A stretch of DNA of 57,104 nt, filler included, from Vicugna vicugna (lineage: Eukaryota): the NCBI GenBank assembly GCA_013265495.1. It is 67 parts of 67 records of this genome, joined end to end, with 100 filler letters (N's around TTAATTAATTAA, not from the genome) between each part and the next. Parts side by side here need not be neighbours in the genome. Positions count along the whole stretch, not along the records: positions 1 to 1,120 come from MU063812.1; positions 1,221 to 1,813 come from MU063816.1; positions 1,914 to 2,442 come from PNXW01031373.1; positions 2,543 to 3,321 come from PNXW01031377.1; positions 3,422 to 3,930 come from MU063818.1; positions 4,031 to 5,234 come from MU063820.1; positions 5,335 to 6,188 come from MU063821.1; positions 6,289 to 6,784 come from MU063822.1; 59 more parts are not named here. One strand, written 5' to 3'. A program made the translations under genes and the position numbers. Below, piece by piece: positions 1 to 11,802 of the stretch (its first letter is position 1; every line of letters starts with the position of its first letter). The notes under the pieces are model-generated. The model ran no database searches. It saw only the letters and a list, made by a program, of their open reading frames with translations, and was not told where the DNA came from.

Positions 1-750
1 TTTTCCACAGTGGCTGCACCAAACTACATTCCCACCAACAATGTACGAGGGTTTCCTTTTCTCCACAGCCTCTCCGGCATTTATGGCTTGTGGACTTTTG
101 AATGATGGCCATTCTGACTGGTGTGAGATGATAACATTGTAGTTTGGAGCTGCATCTCTCTGATAATTGAGCGATATTGAGCATTTTTTTATAAGCCTAT
201 TGGCCATTGTGTATCTTCATTGGAGAATTGCTTGTTTAGTTGTTCTGCCCATTTTTCGATTTGGTTATTTATTTTTTTCTTATTAAGTTGTATGAACTAT
301 TTATATAGTCTAGAAATTAAGCCATGGTCAGTCTCATCTTTTGCAAATATTTTCTCCCATTCCGTAAGTTGTCTTTTTGTTTTACTTATGGTTTCTATTG
401 CTGTGCAAAAGTTTATAAGTTTAATTAGGTCTCATTTATTTATTTTGGCTTTAATTTCTGTTGCTTGGGTTGCTTAGATTGCCCTCAGAAAACATTGCTG
501 AGATGTATGTCAAATAATGTTTTGCCTATGTTTTCTTGTGAGAAGTTTATAGTGTCTTGTCTAATATTTAAGTCTTTAAGCCATTTTGAGTTTATTTCTT
601 TTTGGGTTTTTTGTGATTCTATTGTATGCTTTTGATTTGTGGTTACCTTATTCTTCAAATATATCAACCCATTACTATATCTATTTCCTTTAGACTGATA
701 ATCACGTAGGCTCCAACACATCCTAAGAATAACAAAGAAAAAACAGAAAA
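1..750 (-). mobile_element. LINE-1 fragment (ORF2 3' region fused to inter-ORF-like region)
   Basis: Antisense L1 text TTTTCCACAGTGGCTGCACC...CATTCCCACCAACA. The minus-strand peptide INSKWLKDLNIRQDTI...ENIGKTLFDI matches the L1 ORF2p C-terminal region. Confidence 0.93.
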
Positions 751-1120
751 NNNNNNNNNNNNNNNNNNNNNNNNNNNNNNNNNNNNNNNNNNNNNNNNNN
801 NNNNNNNNNNNNNNNNNNNNNNNNNNNNNNNNNNNNNNNNNNNNNNNNNNNNNNNNNNNNNNNNNNNNNNNNNNNNNNNNNNNNNNNNNNNNNNNNNNNN
901 NNNNNNNNNNNNNNNNNNNNNNNNNNNNNNNNNNNNNNNNNNNNNNNNNNNNNNNCTCTGAATACTCAGTCCAGGAAAGCTAAACCATTCTAACCTTCAT
1001 CGGTTCTGGGAAAGCAATCTTCAGTGTGGGAAAAAACATTGAAAAATAATATTCTGTGCGTTTCTTTGTACCCTTGCCCAGAGATGAGAAACATCTGAAG
1101 GTGGGGGAAAAATGTTGGAG

Positions 1121-1220
1121 NNNNNNNNNNNNNNNNNNNNNNNNNNNNNNNNNNNNNNNNNNNNTTAATTAATTAANNNNNNNNNNNNNNNNNNNNNNNN
1201 NNNNNNNNNNNNNNNNNNNN
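1121..1220. other. Artificial scaffold-joining spacer N44-TTAATTAATTAA-N44 (first of 66 copies; last at ~56811-56910)
   Basis: Identical 100-bp structure recurs throughout (TTAATTAATTAA at 1165, 1858, 2487 ... 56855). The core has stops in all six frames, and the sequences on either side are unrelated. Confidence 0.98.
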
Positions 1221-1600
1221 TCCACTTTTTAAAGTCTTCTTTAATTTCCTTCATCAATGGTTTATAGTTTTCTATGTATAATTCTTTCACCTCCTTGGTT
1301 AGATTTATTCCCAGTTATTTTATTACTTTGGGTGCTATTTTAAAGGGGATTGCTTCTTTACTTTCTTTTTCTGTTGATTTATCATTAGTGTAAAGAAATG
1401 CAACTAATTTTTAAATGTTAATTTTGTAATCTGCTACCTTGCTGAATTCTTCAAACAGCTCTAGTAGCTATTGAGTGGACCTTTTAGGGTTTTCTATATA
1501 TAGTAACATGTCATCAGCATATAATGACACTTTTACCTCTTCTTTTCCAATTTGGATCCCTTTTATTTCTTTCTTTTACCTGACTGCTGTGGCTAGGACT
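1221..1600 (-). mobile_element. LINE-1 ORF2 reverse-transcriptase fragment (inverted arm)
   Basis: The minus strand at ~1501-1530 reads [10 protein letters not shown] (RT YADD motif), in typical L1 ORF2 sequence. Confidence 0.95.
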
Positions 1601-1813
1601 CCCAGATTTCAGACAATACTATAGAGCTACAGTCATCAAGACAGCATGGTATTGGTACCAAAACAGACATATAGACCAATGGAACAAAAAACTGGACCAT
1701 GTAAAACAATGAAGCTAGAACACTCCCTTACACCATATACAAAAATCAACTCAAAATGGAATAAAGACTTAAACATAAGAGAAGATACAATAAACTCCTA
1801 GAGGAAAGGAAAA
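1601..1813 (+). mobile_element. LINE-1 ORF2 3' fragment (sense arm, with internal deletion)
   Basis: CCAGATTTCAGACAATACTATAGAGCTACAGTCATCAAGACAGCATGGTATTGG encodes the PDF..YY.A..IKTAWYW ORF2p motif; later AAAATCAACTCAAAATGGA. Confidence 0.93.
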
Positions 1814-2029
1814 NNNNNNNNNNNNNNNNNNNNNNNNNNNNNNNNNNNNNNNNNNNNTTAATTAATTAANNNNNNNNNNNNNNNNNNNNNNNNNNNNNNN
1901 NNNNNNNNNNNNNTTGATGGGATTGGGTGACATTTCCCATTTTGCACATTTCAGGTCTGCCATTACAACTCAGGCGTGTCCCCTAAGCCTCCATAAGTCT
2001 GGGCTTCCTCGGCTGTGGGGCTGAGAAGA

Positions 2030-2442
2030 CGCGCCCTTGCTGACGAGCGGCGCGTGAAATGACACACGTACGGCATCCAACGCTGCGCTCGCAGCTGCTC
2101 CGTGAGAGCAGGAGTGCTTGCTTCGCCGCTGTATTCCCAAAACAGGGACGCGGGCTCAATCCTGGGTTCCAGGGTCCCGGCCTCCACCCCCTACACGGGC
2201 CCCTCCCCCATTGCCCCGCCCAGCGAGGGCCTGCCTGGGAAGTGCCTCGAGCAACGCCCCAGCCGAGCGGGCCCTGTTCTGCCCAAGATCCCTGGCGCGC
2301 GGACGGCGGGGCAGCCCGGCTGGGGGCGTGCCCGGGCTCGGGGTCGGGATCGCGGGGCCGGGCCGGGGCCGGGGCCGACGCCGCACAGTTGAGTCCGCCG
2401 AGGCCGGGCGGGGGCTGCGCGGAAGGGCGCGGCCGGCACGCG
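2030..2442. promoter_or_regulatory. CpG-island fragment (probable promoter or first-exon region of an unidentified gene)
   Basis: Very high GC and CpG density, GGGCGG GC box at ~2406 and GGGGCC runs at 2354-2377; truncated by the spacer. Confidence 0.6.
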
Positions 2443-3716
2443 NNNNNNNNNNNNNNNNNNNNNNNNNNNNNNNNNNNNNNNNNNNNTTAATTAATTAANN
2501 NNNNNNNNNNNNNNNNNNNNNNNNNNNNNNNNNNNNNNNNNNTCTCCCCAGCTTTTTAAAGTCATCACTGGAGTGCTACCTCCAGAGAGCCCCAAAGTAT
2601 CCACCACTGCCTGCTCTTCAGACACTGTGAGTTTCCAACTTGGAGAAGGCTGCTGGCTGGTGAGGCATTCTCTGGCACATCTCTGGTTGGCTGATGTGAG
2701 CTTACCACACAAGAATTGGCAGACAGTAACTAACCACGATCACGTCCATTTCTGGAACACTCATGGAGGATTTTACACCTATGCTAGTGGAATACAATTT
2801 CATTTAATTTTCCCAACAATCATAATTAGACTTTATCACCTGTATTAAAAAGGAAACTGTCAAAGCGACTGACGTGCAGACTTTGGACTGGAACACAGGT
2901 CTTTCTGATAACTGTCTCTGTTCCCTCCCCGGCCTATCCTTCCAAATGGCAAGGAGACTCTTCCTCAGTCTTGAGTTTCCCACTGATGTTACCACTCTCT
3001 TTGTTTCTGGAGAGGAAAGCAAGTCTAAACTTCCTTTCCAGTTGGAAATGGAATGGAGAATTTGCGTTGGAAGCCGGGAAAGTCTGTCCTGTGATGAAGC
3101 GTTCCCCGAGCCACTTCCACTGGTATGTCACGTCCCTGTCTGGGCCCCTTGCTCAGCCTGTTCACAGGTGACAGTGCAGATCTGCCGAGCAGTCCTCCCG
3201 GACAGGGCAGTGGGTTGGAAATGAGTTTGGGGATTTGGTTTCATTACATAGCTTCCTGAGGGTGTTCGCCTGGCATTTCGAGTGGGAGCATTCCCTGTCA
3301 CACAGACTTGTGCTCTGGGCCNNNNNNNNNNNNNNNNNNNNNNNNNNNNNNNNNNNNNNNNNNNNTTAATTAATTAANNNNNNNNNNNNNNNNNNNNNNN
3401 NNNNNNNNNNNNNNNNNNNNNTGTGCAACATATACATACACTAGATAAAAACATACCAAAATATTATTCTTATGTTGTTGGACTACAGGATGACAGATGA
3501 TGGAGGAAATTTTCACATGCTGAGATATGGATAAGTCATTCTGGCTTACACATGATTTGGCTTAAAGTTTATGCTAGCTACAACAGACTGTTTTGAGGCT
3601 TTCAAACATGCACTGTACATCTGCTTTAANNNNNNNNNNNNNNNNNNNNNNNNNNNNNNNNNNNNNNNNNNNNNNNNNNNNNNNNNNNNNNNNNNNNNNN
3701 NNNNNNNNNNNNNNNN

Positions 3717-3930
3717 GGGAGCATGATTCCCTTAGTTCTGTTCCACTTTCTTAAGATTGTTTTGTCTATTTGTATGCTTTTGTGTTTCCACACAAATTTT
3801 AATAATTTATTCTAGGCCTGTGAAAAATGCCCTTGGTATTTTGATAGGGATTGCATTGAATCTGTAGACCGCCTTGTGTACTATGGTCATTTTAACAATA
3901 CTAATTCTTCCAATCCCAGAACATGGTATA
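3717..3930 (-). mobile_element. LINE-1 ORF2 fragment
   Basis: Antisense L1 text TTTTGATAGGGATTGCATTGAATCTGTAGA...TTTAACAATACTAATTCTTCCAATCC. Confidence 0.9.
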
Positions 3931-4030
3931 NNNNNNNNNNNNNNNNNNNNNNNNNNNNNNNNNNNNNNNNNNNNTTAATTAATTAANNNNNNNNNNNNNN
4001 NNNNNNNNNNNNNNNNNNNNNNNNNNNNNN

Positions 4031-5234
4031 AGTTATTTCTCGGACTTCCCCGAACAGGGAACACCTATGAATGAAAAGAGCTGCGAGGATTTGTCTCTCG
4101 AGCTCTCCCACGCACTGACAATGGTTCCGGAATCCTGAGCGTGCGGAGGTTCCACCAACGGTCGGCAGCACGTGGGTTCTACCGGAAAGCTTAAGCTCGT
4201 CTCCCCTGAGGNNNNNNNNNNNNNNNNNNNNNNNNNNNNNNNNNNNNNNNNNNNNNNNNNNNNNNNNNNNNNNNNNNNNNNNNNNNNNNNNNNNNNNNNN
4301 NNNNNNNNNNNNNNNNNNNNNNNNNNNNNNNNNNNNNNNNNNNNNNNNNNNNNNNNNNNNNNNNNNNNNNNNNNNNNNNNNNNNNNNNNNNNNNNNNNNN
4401 NNNNNNNNNNNNNNNNNNNNNNNNNNNNNNNNNNNNNNNNNNNNNNNNNNNNNNNNNNNNNNNNNNNNNNNNNNNNNNNNNNNNNNNNNNNNNNNNNNNN
4501 NNNNNNNNNNNNNNNNNNNNNNNNNNNNNNNNNNNNNNNNNNNNNNNNNNNNNNNNNNNNNNNNNNNNNNNNNNNNNNNNNNNNNNNNNNNNNNNNNNNN
4601 NNNNNNNNNNNNNNNNNNNNNNNNNNGCTCCCCCACGCACTGACAATGGTTCCGGAATCCTGAGCGTGGGGAGGTTCCACCAACGGTCGGCAGCGCGTGA
4701 GTTCTAACGGAAAGCCTAAGCTCGTCTCCCCTGAGGTTTTTCCTAATATCTCTGTGCCAGGGAATGTTAGGGGGATTAGCATGATATCCCAGTGACAGAG
4801 GATGCCTCCACAAGGTCAGGGAAGGTGTTTCTCGGACTTCCCCCAACAGGGAACACCTGTAACTGAAGAGAGCTGCGTGGAGTTGTCTCTCGAGCTCCCC
4901 CACGCACTGACAATTGTTCTGGAATCCTGAGAGTTTGGAGGTTCCACCAACGGTCGGCAGCGCNNNNNNNNNNNNNNNNNNNNNNNNNNNNNNNNNNNNN
5001 NNNNNNNNNNNNNNNNNNNNNNNNNNNNNNNNNNNNNNNNNNNNNNNNNNNNNNNNNNNNNNNNNNNNNNNNNNNNNNNNNNNNNNNNNNNNNNNNNNNN
5101 NAACAGGGAACACCTGTGACTGAAGAGAGCTGCGTGGAGTTGTCTCCCGAGCTCCCCCACGCACTGTCATTGGTTCCGGAATAATGTGCGTGGGGAGGTT
5201 CCACCATCGGTCGGCAGCACGTGTGTTCTAACGG
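4031..5234 (+). repeat. SatA 267-bp GC-rich satellite (gapped)
   Basis: Recurrent GGAATCCTGAGCGTGGGGAGGTTCCACCAACGGTCGGCAGC motif; this orientation is defined as +. Confidence 0.95.
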
Positions 5235-5334
5235 NNNNNNNNNNNNNNNNNNNNNNNNNNNNNNNNNNNNNNNNNNNNTTAATTAATTAANNNNNNNNNN
5301 NNNNNNNNNNNNNNNNNNNNNNNNNNNNNNNNNN

Positions 5335-5545
5335 ATCTAAAAAACAAAAGCAAAAACAAACAAACAAACAAAAACAAAGTGTAAATACAGTACAGAAATA
5401 GACTCAGACAGAGAATACAGACTTGTGGTTGCCAGGTGGGTGGAGGGTGGGAAGGGATAGACTGGGATTTCAAAATTGTAGAATAGATAAACAAGATTAC
5501 ACTGTATAGCACAGGGAAATATACACAAAATGTTGTGATAACTCA
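5335..5545 (+). mobile_element. LINE-1 3' UTR, camelid-like subfamily
   Basis: ACAGACTTGTGGTTGCCAGG...GATAGACTGGGATTTCAAAATTGTAGAATAGATAAACAAGATT...CTGTATAGCACAGGGAAATATACACAA resembles, from recall, the camelid L1 3' end. Confidence 0.8.
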
Positions 5546-6288
5546 NNNNNNNNNNNNNNNNNNNNNNNNNNNNNNNNNNNNNNNNNNNNNNNNNNNNNNN
5601 NNNNNNNNNNNNNNNNNNNNNNNNNNNNNNNNNNNNNNNNNNNNNNNNNNNNNNNNNNNNNNNNNNNNNNNNNNNNNNNNNNNNNNNNNNNNNNNGCTTT
5701 TTGAATCTAGATCCTAAACTCTTTCTGTGCATCGTAAAACATTTACATTTGAAAAGGAAATAAAACCAGATTAATCTATCTAGACAAGGAGAAAAATAAT
5801 TAGTGAATGTTAATTGCTTAAACATTTATAGATTCCAGAGTACTTTCTCTTTTTTTCTAAGTGATTCTCACAGCATTTCTGGGGGTGGAAAAATAACTTA
5901 TACAACATCACATAAGTGAAAAATGGAAGAACCATGATTCATTCAAATCCTTGCTTTGCACACTAAGTATATCTGCCGTACCTCCCATAACCCCTTCTAT
6001 TTTTCCATGTCATCTGAAAGTTTACAGTTTAATCAACCATGCATCGATGACAAATATTTCACTTTTGGCTTGCTTTTGACAGTTGAAACTTTCATCATTA
6101 TAGTTTTTCTTTTCTGCTAATATTGCCTCATGTTCTTCCATAATATTACTTTTTCCAAATCATCAAGGTAATATAAAACTCTGACCTCNNNNNNNNNNNN
6201 NNNNNNNNNNNNNNNNNNNNNNNNNNNNNNNNTTAATTAATTAANNNNNNNNNNNNNNNNNNNNNNNNNNNNNNNNNNNNNNNNNNNN

Positions 6289-6784
6289 CCACGCACTGAC
6301 AATGGTTCCGGATTCCTGATCGTGGGGAGGTTCAACCAACGTTCAGCAGCACGTGTGTTCTAACGGAAAGCCTAAGCTCGTCTCCCCTGAGGGTTTTCCT
6401 AATGTCTCTGTGCCAGGGAATGCTAGGGGGGTTTGCAGGATATCCCAGTGACAGAGGCTGCCTCCGCNNNNNNNNNNNNNNNNNNNNNNNNNNNNNNNNN
6501 NNNNNNNNNNNNNNNNNNNNNNNNNNNNNNNNNNNNNNNNNNNNNNNNNNNNNNNNNNNNNNNNNNNNNNNNNNNNNNNNNNNNNNNNNNNNNNNNNNNN
6601 NNNNNNNNNNNNNNNNNNNNNNNNNNNNNNNNNNNNNNNNNNNNNNNNNNNNNNNNNNNNNNNNNNNNNNNNNNNNNNNNNNNNNTTGCAGGATAGTGAC
6701 AGAGGCTGCCTCCCCTAGGTCATGGAAGGTATTTATCGCACTTCCCCGAACGGGGAACACCTGTGAATGAAGAGAGCTGCGTGG
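6289..6784 (+). repeat. SatA 267-bp satellite
   Basis: Same monomer motifs as 24500-25153. Confidence 0.95.
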
Positions 6785-7891
6785 NNNNNNNNNNNNNNNN
6801 NNNNNNNNNNNNNNNNNNNNNNNNNNNNTTAATTAATTAANNNNNNNNNNNNNNNNNNNNNNNNNNNNNNNNNNNNNNNNNNNNATTGATTTACACGTTT
6901 TGGGAGTTATACGAAAATGAAGTTAGTTTCTGAAAGATACGAAATCGACCTAGAATCAAGACTTGACAATTTTGGTACCATTTTGTCAGCTCTAAGGAAA
7001 ACATAGACAGATAGAATGCAAACTAGCAGTCCAAACTGTTAAAGGGGTCATGTCAACTCTTTCTGTTGAAGTCTCCGAAACCAACAGGAGCCATGAAATA
7101 ACTATTTGAGAAATGAAACAACCCCCAACATTGGATTCACTTGTGCATGTGGTGCCCTTTACTCCCAATGACACCTTCTGGCCAATGTTGGCATTTCAAG
7201 GGGTAACATCCCTCTCTAGGAAAATACAAGAGAAAACAAACCAAACATACACATTTAGGTTTGAATCCAAAAGCACNNNNNNNNNNNNNNNNNNNNNNNN
7301 NNNNNNNNNNNNNNNNNNNNNNNNNNNNNNNNNNNNNNNNNNNNNNNNNNNNNNNNNNNNNNNNNNNNNNNNNNNNNNNNNNNNNNNNNNNNNNNNNNNN
7401 NNNNNNNNNNNNNNNNNNNAGGTACAGCAACGCAACCAAGTCTGCACCCCCATGATATAGTGCCCCCGGGGGCTTGACTCAAGTGAAAGACGGCCCACAT
7501 AAGCTGTGAATTTAATGCCATTGGCGACATTTACAGTTCAGTTCACTATCTGACATATACTATTTTCCTAGACTGTCGTGAAAAACGGAGTCCTAATACA
7601 TATTCAAGTTCAGTCAAAGACTCCCCTCACTTACCACACTCCCTTCACCCCAGAGAAGACATAAACCCAGCATTTGCTGAATCTAGCAGAAGGCCATCAT
7701 TTCTTTGTGGGAGCTAAGTATTGAATTCCTATCTATTTCAGTCGACACTCTTTGACCTTTAAGGGGTTCACTGTTGTTCACAGAGTGTGAANNNNNNNNN
7801 NNNNNNNNNNNNNNNNNNNNNNNNNNNNNNNNNNNTTAATTAATTAANNNNNNNNNNNNNNNNNNNNNNNNNNNNNNNNNNNNNNNNNNNN

Positions 7892-8929
7892 AGAACACAG
7901 AATATCGAATATAGAATACAGAAATAGAATGTAGAATATAGAATGAATAACACAGAATAGAGAATATAGAATACAGAATACAGAATACAGAATTTAGAAC
8001 ATGGAATGCAGAATATAGAGTATAGAACATAGAATACAGAATAAAGAACACAGAATTTAGAACATGGAATGCAGAACACAGAATNNNNNNNNNNNNNNNN
8101 NNNNNNNNNNNNNNNNNNNNNNNNNNNNNNNNNNNNNNNNNNNNNNNNNNNNNNNNNNNNNNNNNNNNNNNNNNNNNNNNNNNNNNNNNNNNNNNNNNNN
8201 NNNNNNNNNNNNNNNNNNNNNNNNNNNNNNNNNNNNNNNNNNNNNNNNNNNNNNNNNNNNNNNNNNNNNNNNNNNNNNNNNNNNNNNNNNNNNNNNNNNN
8301 NNNNNNNNNNNNNNNNNNNNNNNNNNNNNNNNNNNNNNNNNNNNNNNNNNNNNNNNNNNNNNNNNNNGAATTCACAACACAATATATAGAATATAGAATA
8401 CATTATACAAAATACAGAATATTGAATGTAGATTATAGAATGTAGAACACAGGATATAGAATATAGAATACAGAATACAGAATCCAGAATTTAGAACATG
8501 GAATTCAGAACACAGTATATAGAATACAGTGCACGGAATATAGAATGTTAAATATTTAATGTAGAACACAGAATATAGAATATAGAATACTGAACACAGA
8601 ACCCAGAATTTTGAACATGCAATGTAGAACACAGAATATAGAATATAGAATACAGAAATATAATGTGGAATAAAGAATATAGAACACAGAATATAGAATA
8701 TAAAATATAGAATATAGAATGTAGAGTAGAGAATTTAGAACACTGAATATGAATATAGAATATAGAACAGAAAACACAGAATTTATTATATGAAATTCAG
8801 AACACAGNNNNNNNNNNNNNNNNNNNNTTTAATTTAGAGGATACGGAATACATAATACAGAATGTAGCATACAGAATGCAGAACACTGTCTATAGAATAT
8901 TGAATACAGTATGCAGAACACAGAATTTA
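7892..8929 (+). repeat. SatB heptamer (AGAATAT/AGAACAC/AGAATTT) satellite
   Basis: Degenerate 7-bp periodicity with recurring AGAATTTAGAACATGGAATGCAGAACAC block. Confidence 0.95.
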
Positions 8930-9029
8930 NNNNNNNNNNNNNNNNNNNNNNNNNNNNNNNNNNNNNNNNNNNNTTAATTAATTAANNNNNNNNNNNNNNN
9001 NNNNNNNNNNNNNNNNNNNNNNNNNNNNN

Positions 9030-10203
9030 GGGAATGCTAGGGGATGTGGCAGGAATTCCCAGGGACAGAGGCTGTCTCCCCAATATTAGGGAAGTTATTT
9101 CTCGGACTTCCCCGAGCAGGGAAAACCTGTGACTGAAGAGAGCTGCGTGGAGTTGTCTCTCGAGCTCCCCCACTCAATGACAATGGTTCCGGAATCCTGA
9201 GCGTGGGGAGGTTCCACCNNNNNNNNNNNNNNNNNNNNNNNNNNNNNNNNNNNNNNNNNNNNNNNNNNNNNNNNNNNNNNNNNNNNNNNNNNNNNNNNNN
9301 NNNNNNNNNNNNNNNNNNNNNNNNNNNNNNNNNNNNNNNNNNNNNNNNNNNNNNNNNNNNNNNNNNNNNNNNNNNNNNNNNNNNNNNNNNNNNNNNNNNN
9401 NNNNNNNNNNNNNNNNNNNNNNNNNNNNNNNNNNNNNNNNNNNNNNNNNNNNNNNNNNNNNNNNNNNNNNNNNNNNNNNNNNNNNNNNNNNNNNNNNNNN
9501 NNNNNNNNNNNNNNNNNNNNNNNNNNNNNNNNNNNNNNNNNNNNNNNNNNNNNNNNNNNNNNNNNNNNNNNNNNNNNNNNNNNNNNNNNNNNNNNNNNNN
9601 NNNNNNNNNNNNNNNNNNNNNNNNNNNNNNNNNNNNNNNNNNNNNNNNNNNNNNNNNNNNNNNNNNNNNNNNNNNNNNNNNNNNNNNNNNNNNNNNNNNN
9701 NNNNNNNNNNNNNNNNNNNNNNNNNNNNNNNNNNNNNNNNNNNNNNNNNNNNNNNNNNNNNNNNNNNNNNNNNNNNNNNNNNNNNNNNNNNNNNNNNNNN
9801 NNNNNNNNNNNNNNNNNNNNNNNNNNNNNNNNNNNNNNNNNNNNNNNNNNNNNNNNNNNNNNNNNNNNNNNNNNNNNNNNNNNNNNNNNNNNNNNNNNNN
9901 NNNNNNNNNNNNNNNNNNNNNNNNNNNNNNNNNNNNNNNNNNNNNNNNNNNNNNNNNNNNNNNNNNNNNTCGAGCTCCCCCACTCAATGACAATGGTTCC
10001 GGATTATTGAGCGTGGGGAGGTTCCACCAAAGGTCGGCAGCGCGTGGGTTTAAATGGAATGCATGTGCTCCTCTCCCCTGAGGGTTTTCCTCATTTGTCT
10101 GTGCCAGGGACTGCTAGGAAGGGTTGCAGGAAATCCCAGTGACAGTGGCTGTCTCCAAAAGGTCAGGGAAGCTATTTCTCGGAATTCCCCGAGCAGGGAG
10201 CAC
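9030..10203 (+). repeat. SatA 267-bp satellite (gapped)
   Basis: Same monomer motifs. Confidence 0.95.
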
Positions 10204-10303
10204 NNNNNNNNNNNNNNNNNNNNNNNNNNNNNNNNNNNNNNNNNNNNTTAATTAATTAANNNNNNNNNNNNNNNNNNNNNNNNNNNNNNNNNNNNNNNNN
10301 NNN

Positions 10304-11038
10304 AACACAGAATTTAGAATATAGAATACCGAATATAGAAGATGAATAAACAATTAAGAGCACAGGATTTAGAATATAGAAAACAGAATACTGAATATAG
10401 AATTTAGAATATACAATGTTGAACACAGAATATAGAATAAAGAATAGAGAATATAGAACCCAGAATATAGAACATGGAAGTAGAACCNNNNNNNNNNNNN
10501 NNNNNNNNNNNNNNNNNNNNNNNNNNNNNNNNNNNNNNNNNNNNNNNNNNNNNNNNNNNNNNNNNNNNNNNNNNNNNNNNNNNNNNNNNNNNNNNNNNNN
10601 NNNNNNNNNNNNNNNNNNNNNNNNNNNNNNNNNNNNNNNNNNNNNNNNNNNNNNNNNNNNNNNNNNNNNNNNNNNNNNNNNNNNNNNNNNNNNNNNNNNN
10701 NNNNNNNNNNNNNNNNNNNNNNNNNNNNNNNNNNNNNNNNNNNNNNNNNNNNNNNNNNNNNNNNNNNNNNNNNNNNNNNNNNNNNNNNNNNNNNNNNNNN
10801 NNNNNNNNNNNNNNNNACAGAATATAGAATACGGAATGCAGAATATAGAATACAGGATATAGAATGTAGAACACAGAATGTAGAATATGAAAAACAGAAT
10901 ACAAAACCAGGAATTGAGAACATGGTAGGCAGAACACAGATTTAGAATATAGAAAACAGAATACTGAATATAGAATTTCTAATATAGAATGTGGAACACA
11001 GAATTTAGTATTTAGAATAAAAAACACTAAATATAGAA
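10304..11038 (+). repeat. SatB heptamer satellite
   Basis: 7-bp AGAATAT periodicity. Confidence 0.95.
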
Positions 11039-11138
11039 NNNNNNNNNNNNNNNNNNNNNNNNNNNNNNNNNNNNNNNNNNNNTTAATTAATTAANNNNNN
11101 NNNNNNNNNNNNNNNNNNNNNNNNNNNNNNNNNNNNNN

Positions 11139-11560
11139 AAGATAATTCAAAATTACTAAAAAATCCCATGACAACACTTATCCATTTTTTAACTTGAAAA
11201 AATTATATTGGAATTCTTCAGGAAAAATGAAGTCATAATAATAGCAAAGAAAAATAGGGATCGAAAAGCAAATCAAAAAATTGCACTGTCAGATATTAAA
11301 TTTTTACAATATGTAAGATATAGTGCTAGAGTAAGAAAGTAAGATTGACAGAAGTAAACCATGAGCTCAAAAAGAGACTCTAGTGTACATAAGTATTTTT
11401 TACAGGTGGGATTTCAAATTAAAAAGCAAAGTATGAATTCAATAATTGTCTTGGTACAATCAGAGAATCCCTGGAAAAAACAAATTCTTTTCCAGTCATA
11501 ATGACCACAAGAAAAATTACTGAAAGTGATGTAAATATTAGAAAGTACTAATAAGAGCAA
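11139..11560 (+). mobile_element. Ancient, highly decayed LINE-1 (L1M-type) ORF2 3' fragment
   Basis: A-rich strand with decayed motifs AACTTGAAAAAATTATATTGGAATTC and TTGCACTGTCAGATATTAAA. Confidence 0.6.
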
Positions 11561-11571
11561 ATACAACTCTT

Positions 11572-11650
11572 TGCTCATATCAATTCAGCTTCTCCTCACT
11601 GTAACAAGTAATGCTCATATCAATTCAGCTTCTCCTCACTGTAACAAGTA
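11572..11650. repeat. Perfect 40-bp tandem duplication
   Basis: TGCTCATATCAATTCAGCTTCTCCTCACTGTAACAAGTA at 11572 and 11612. Confidence 0.95.
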
Positions 11651-11802
11651 CCATTCTCATCTCCATCTTAGAGATTAGAAAAACCTACAGAAGAGATTTG
11701 TANNNNNNNNNNNNNNNNNNNNNNNNNNNNNNNNNNNNNNNNNNNNTTAATTAATTAANNNNNNNNNNNNNNNNNNNNNNNNNNNNNNNNNNNNNNNNNN
11801 NN

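Noticed and set aside
1165..1176. TTAATTAATTAA recurring ~66 times, like a CRISPR or regulatory repeat
   Set aside because: Always centred in exactly 44+44 Ns; it is an artificial six-frame-stop linker.
2059..2498. Overlapping Pro/Gly/Arg-rich ORFs
   Set aside because: Expected in GC-rich DNA where stops are rare; open in many frames, with no recognisable protein.
2542..3321. Possible exons in unique-looking pieces (also 6885-7791, 14051-14509, 18811-19375, 28090-28879, 42750-43090, 43870-44432)
   Set aside because: No recognisable protein similarity or convincing splice-bounded ORF by eye; a BLAST search would be needed.
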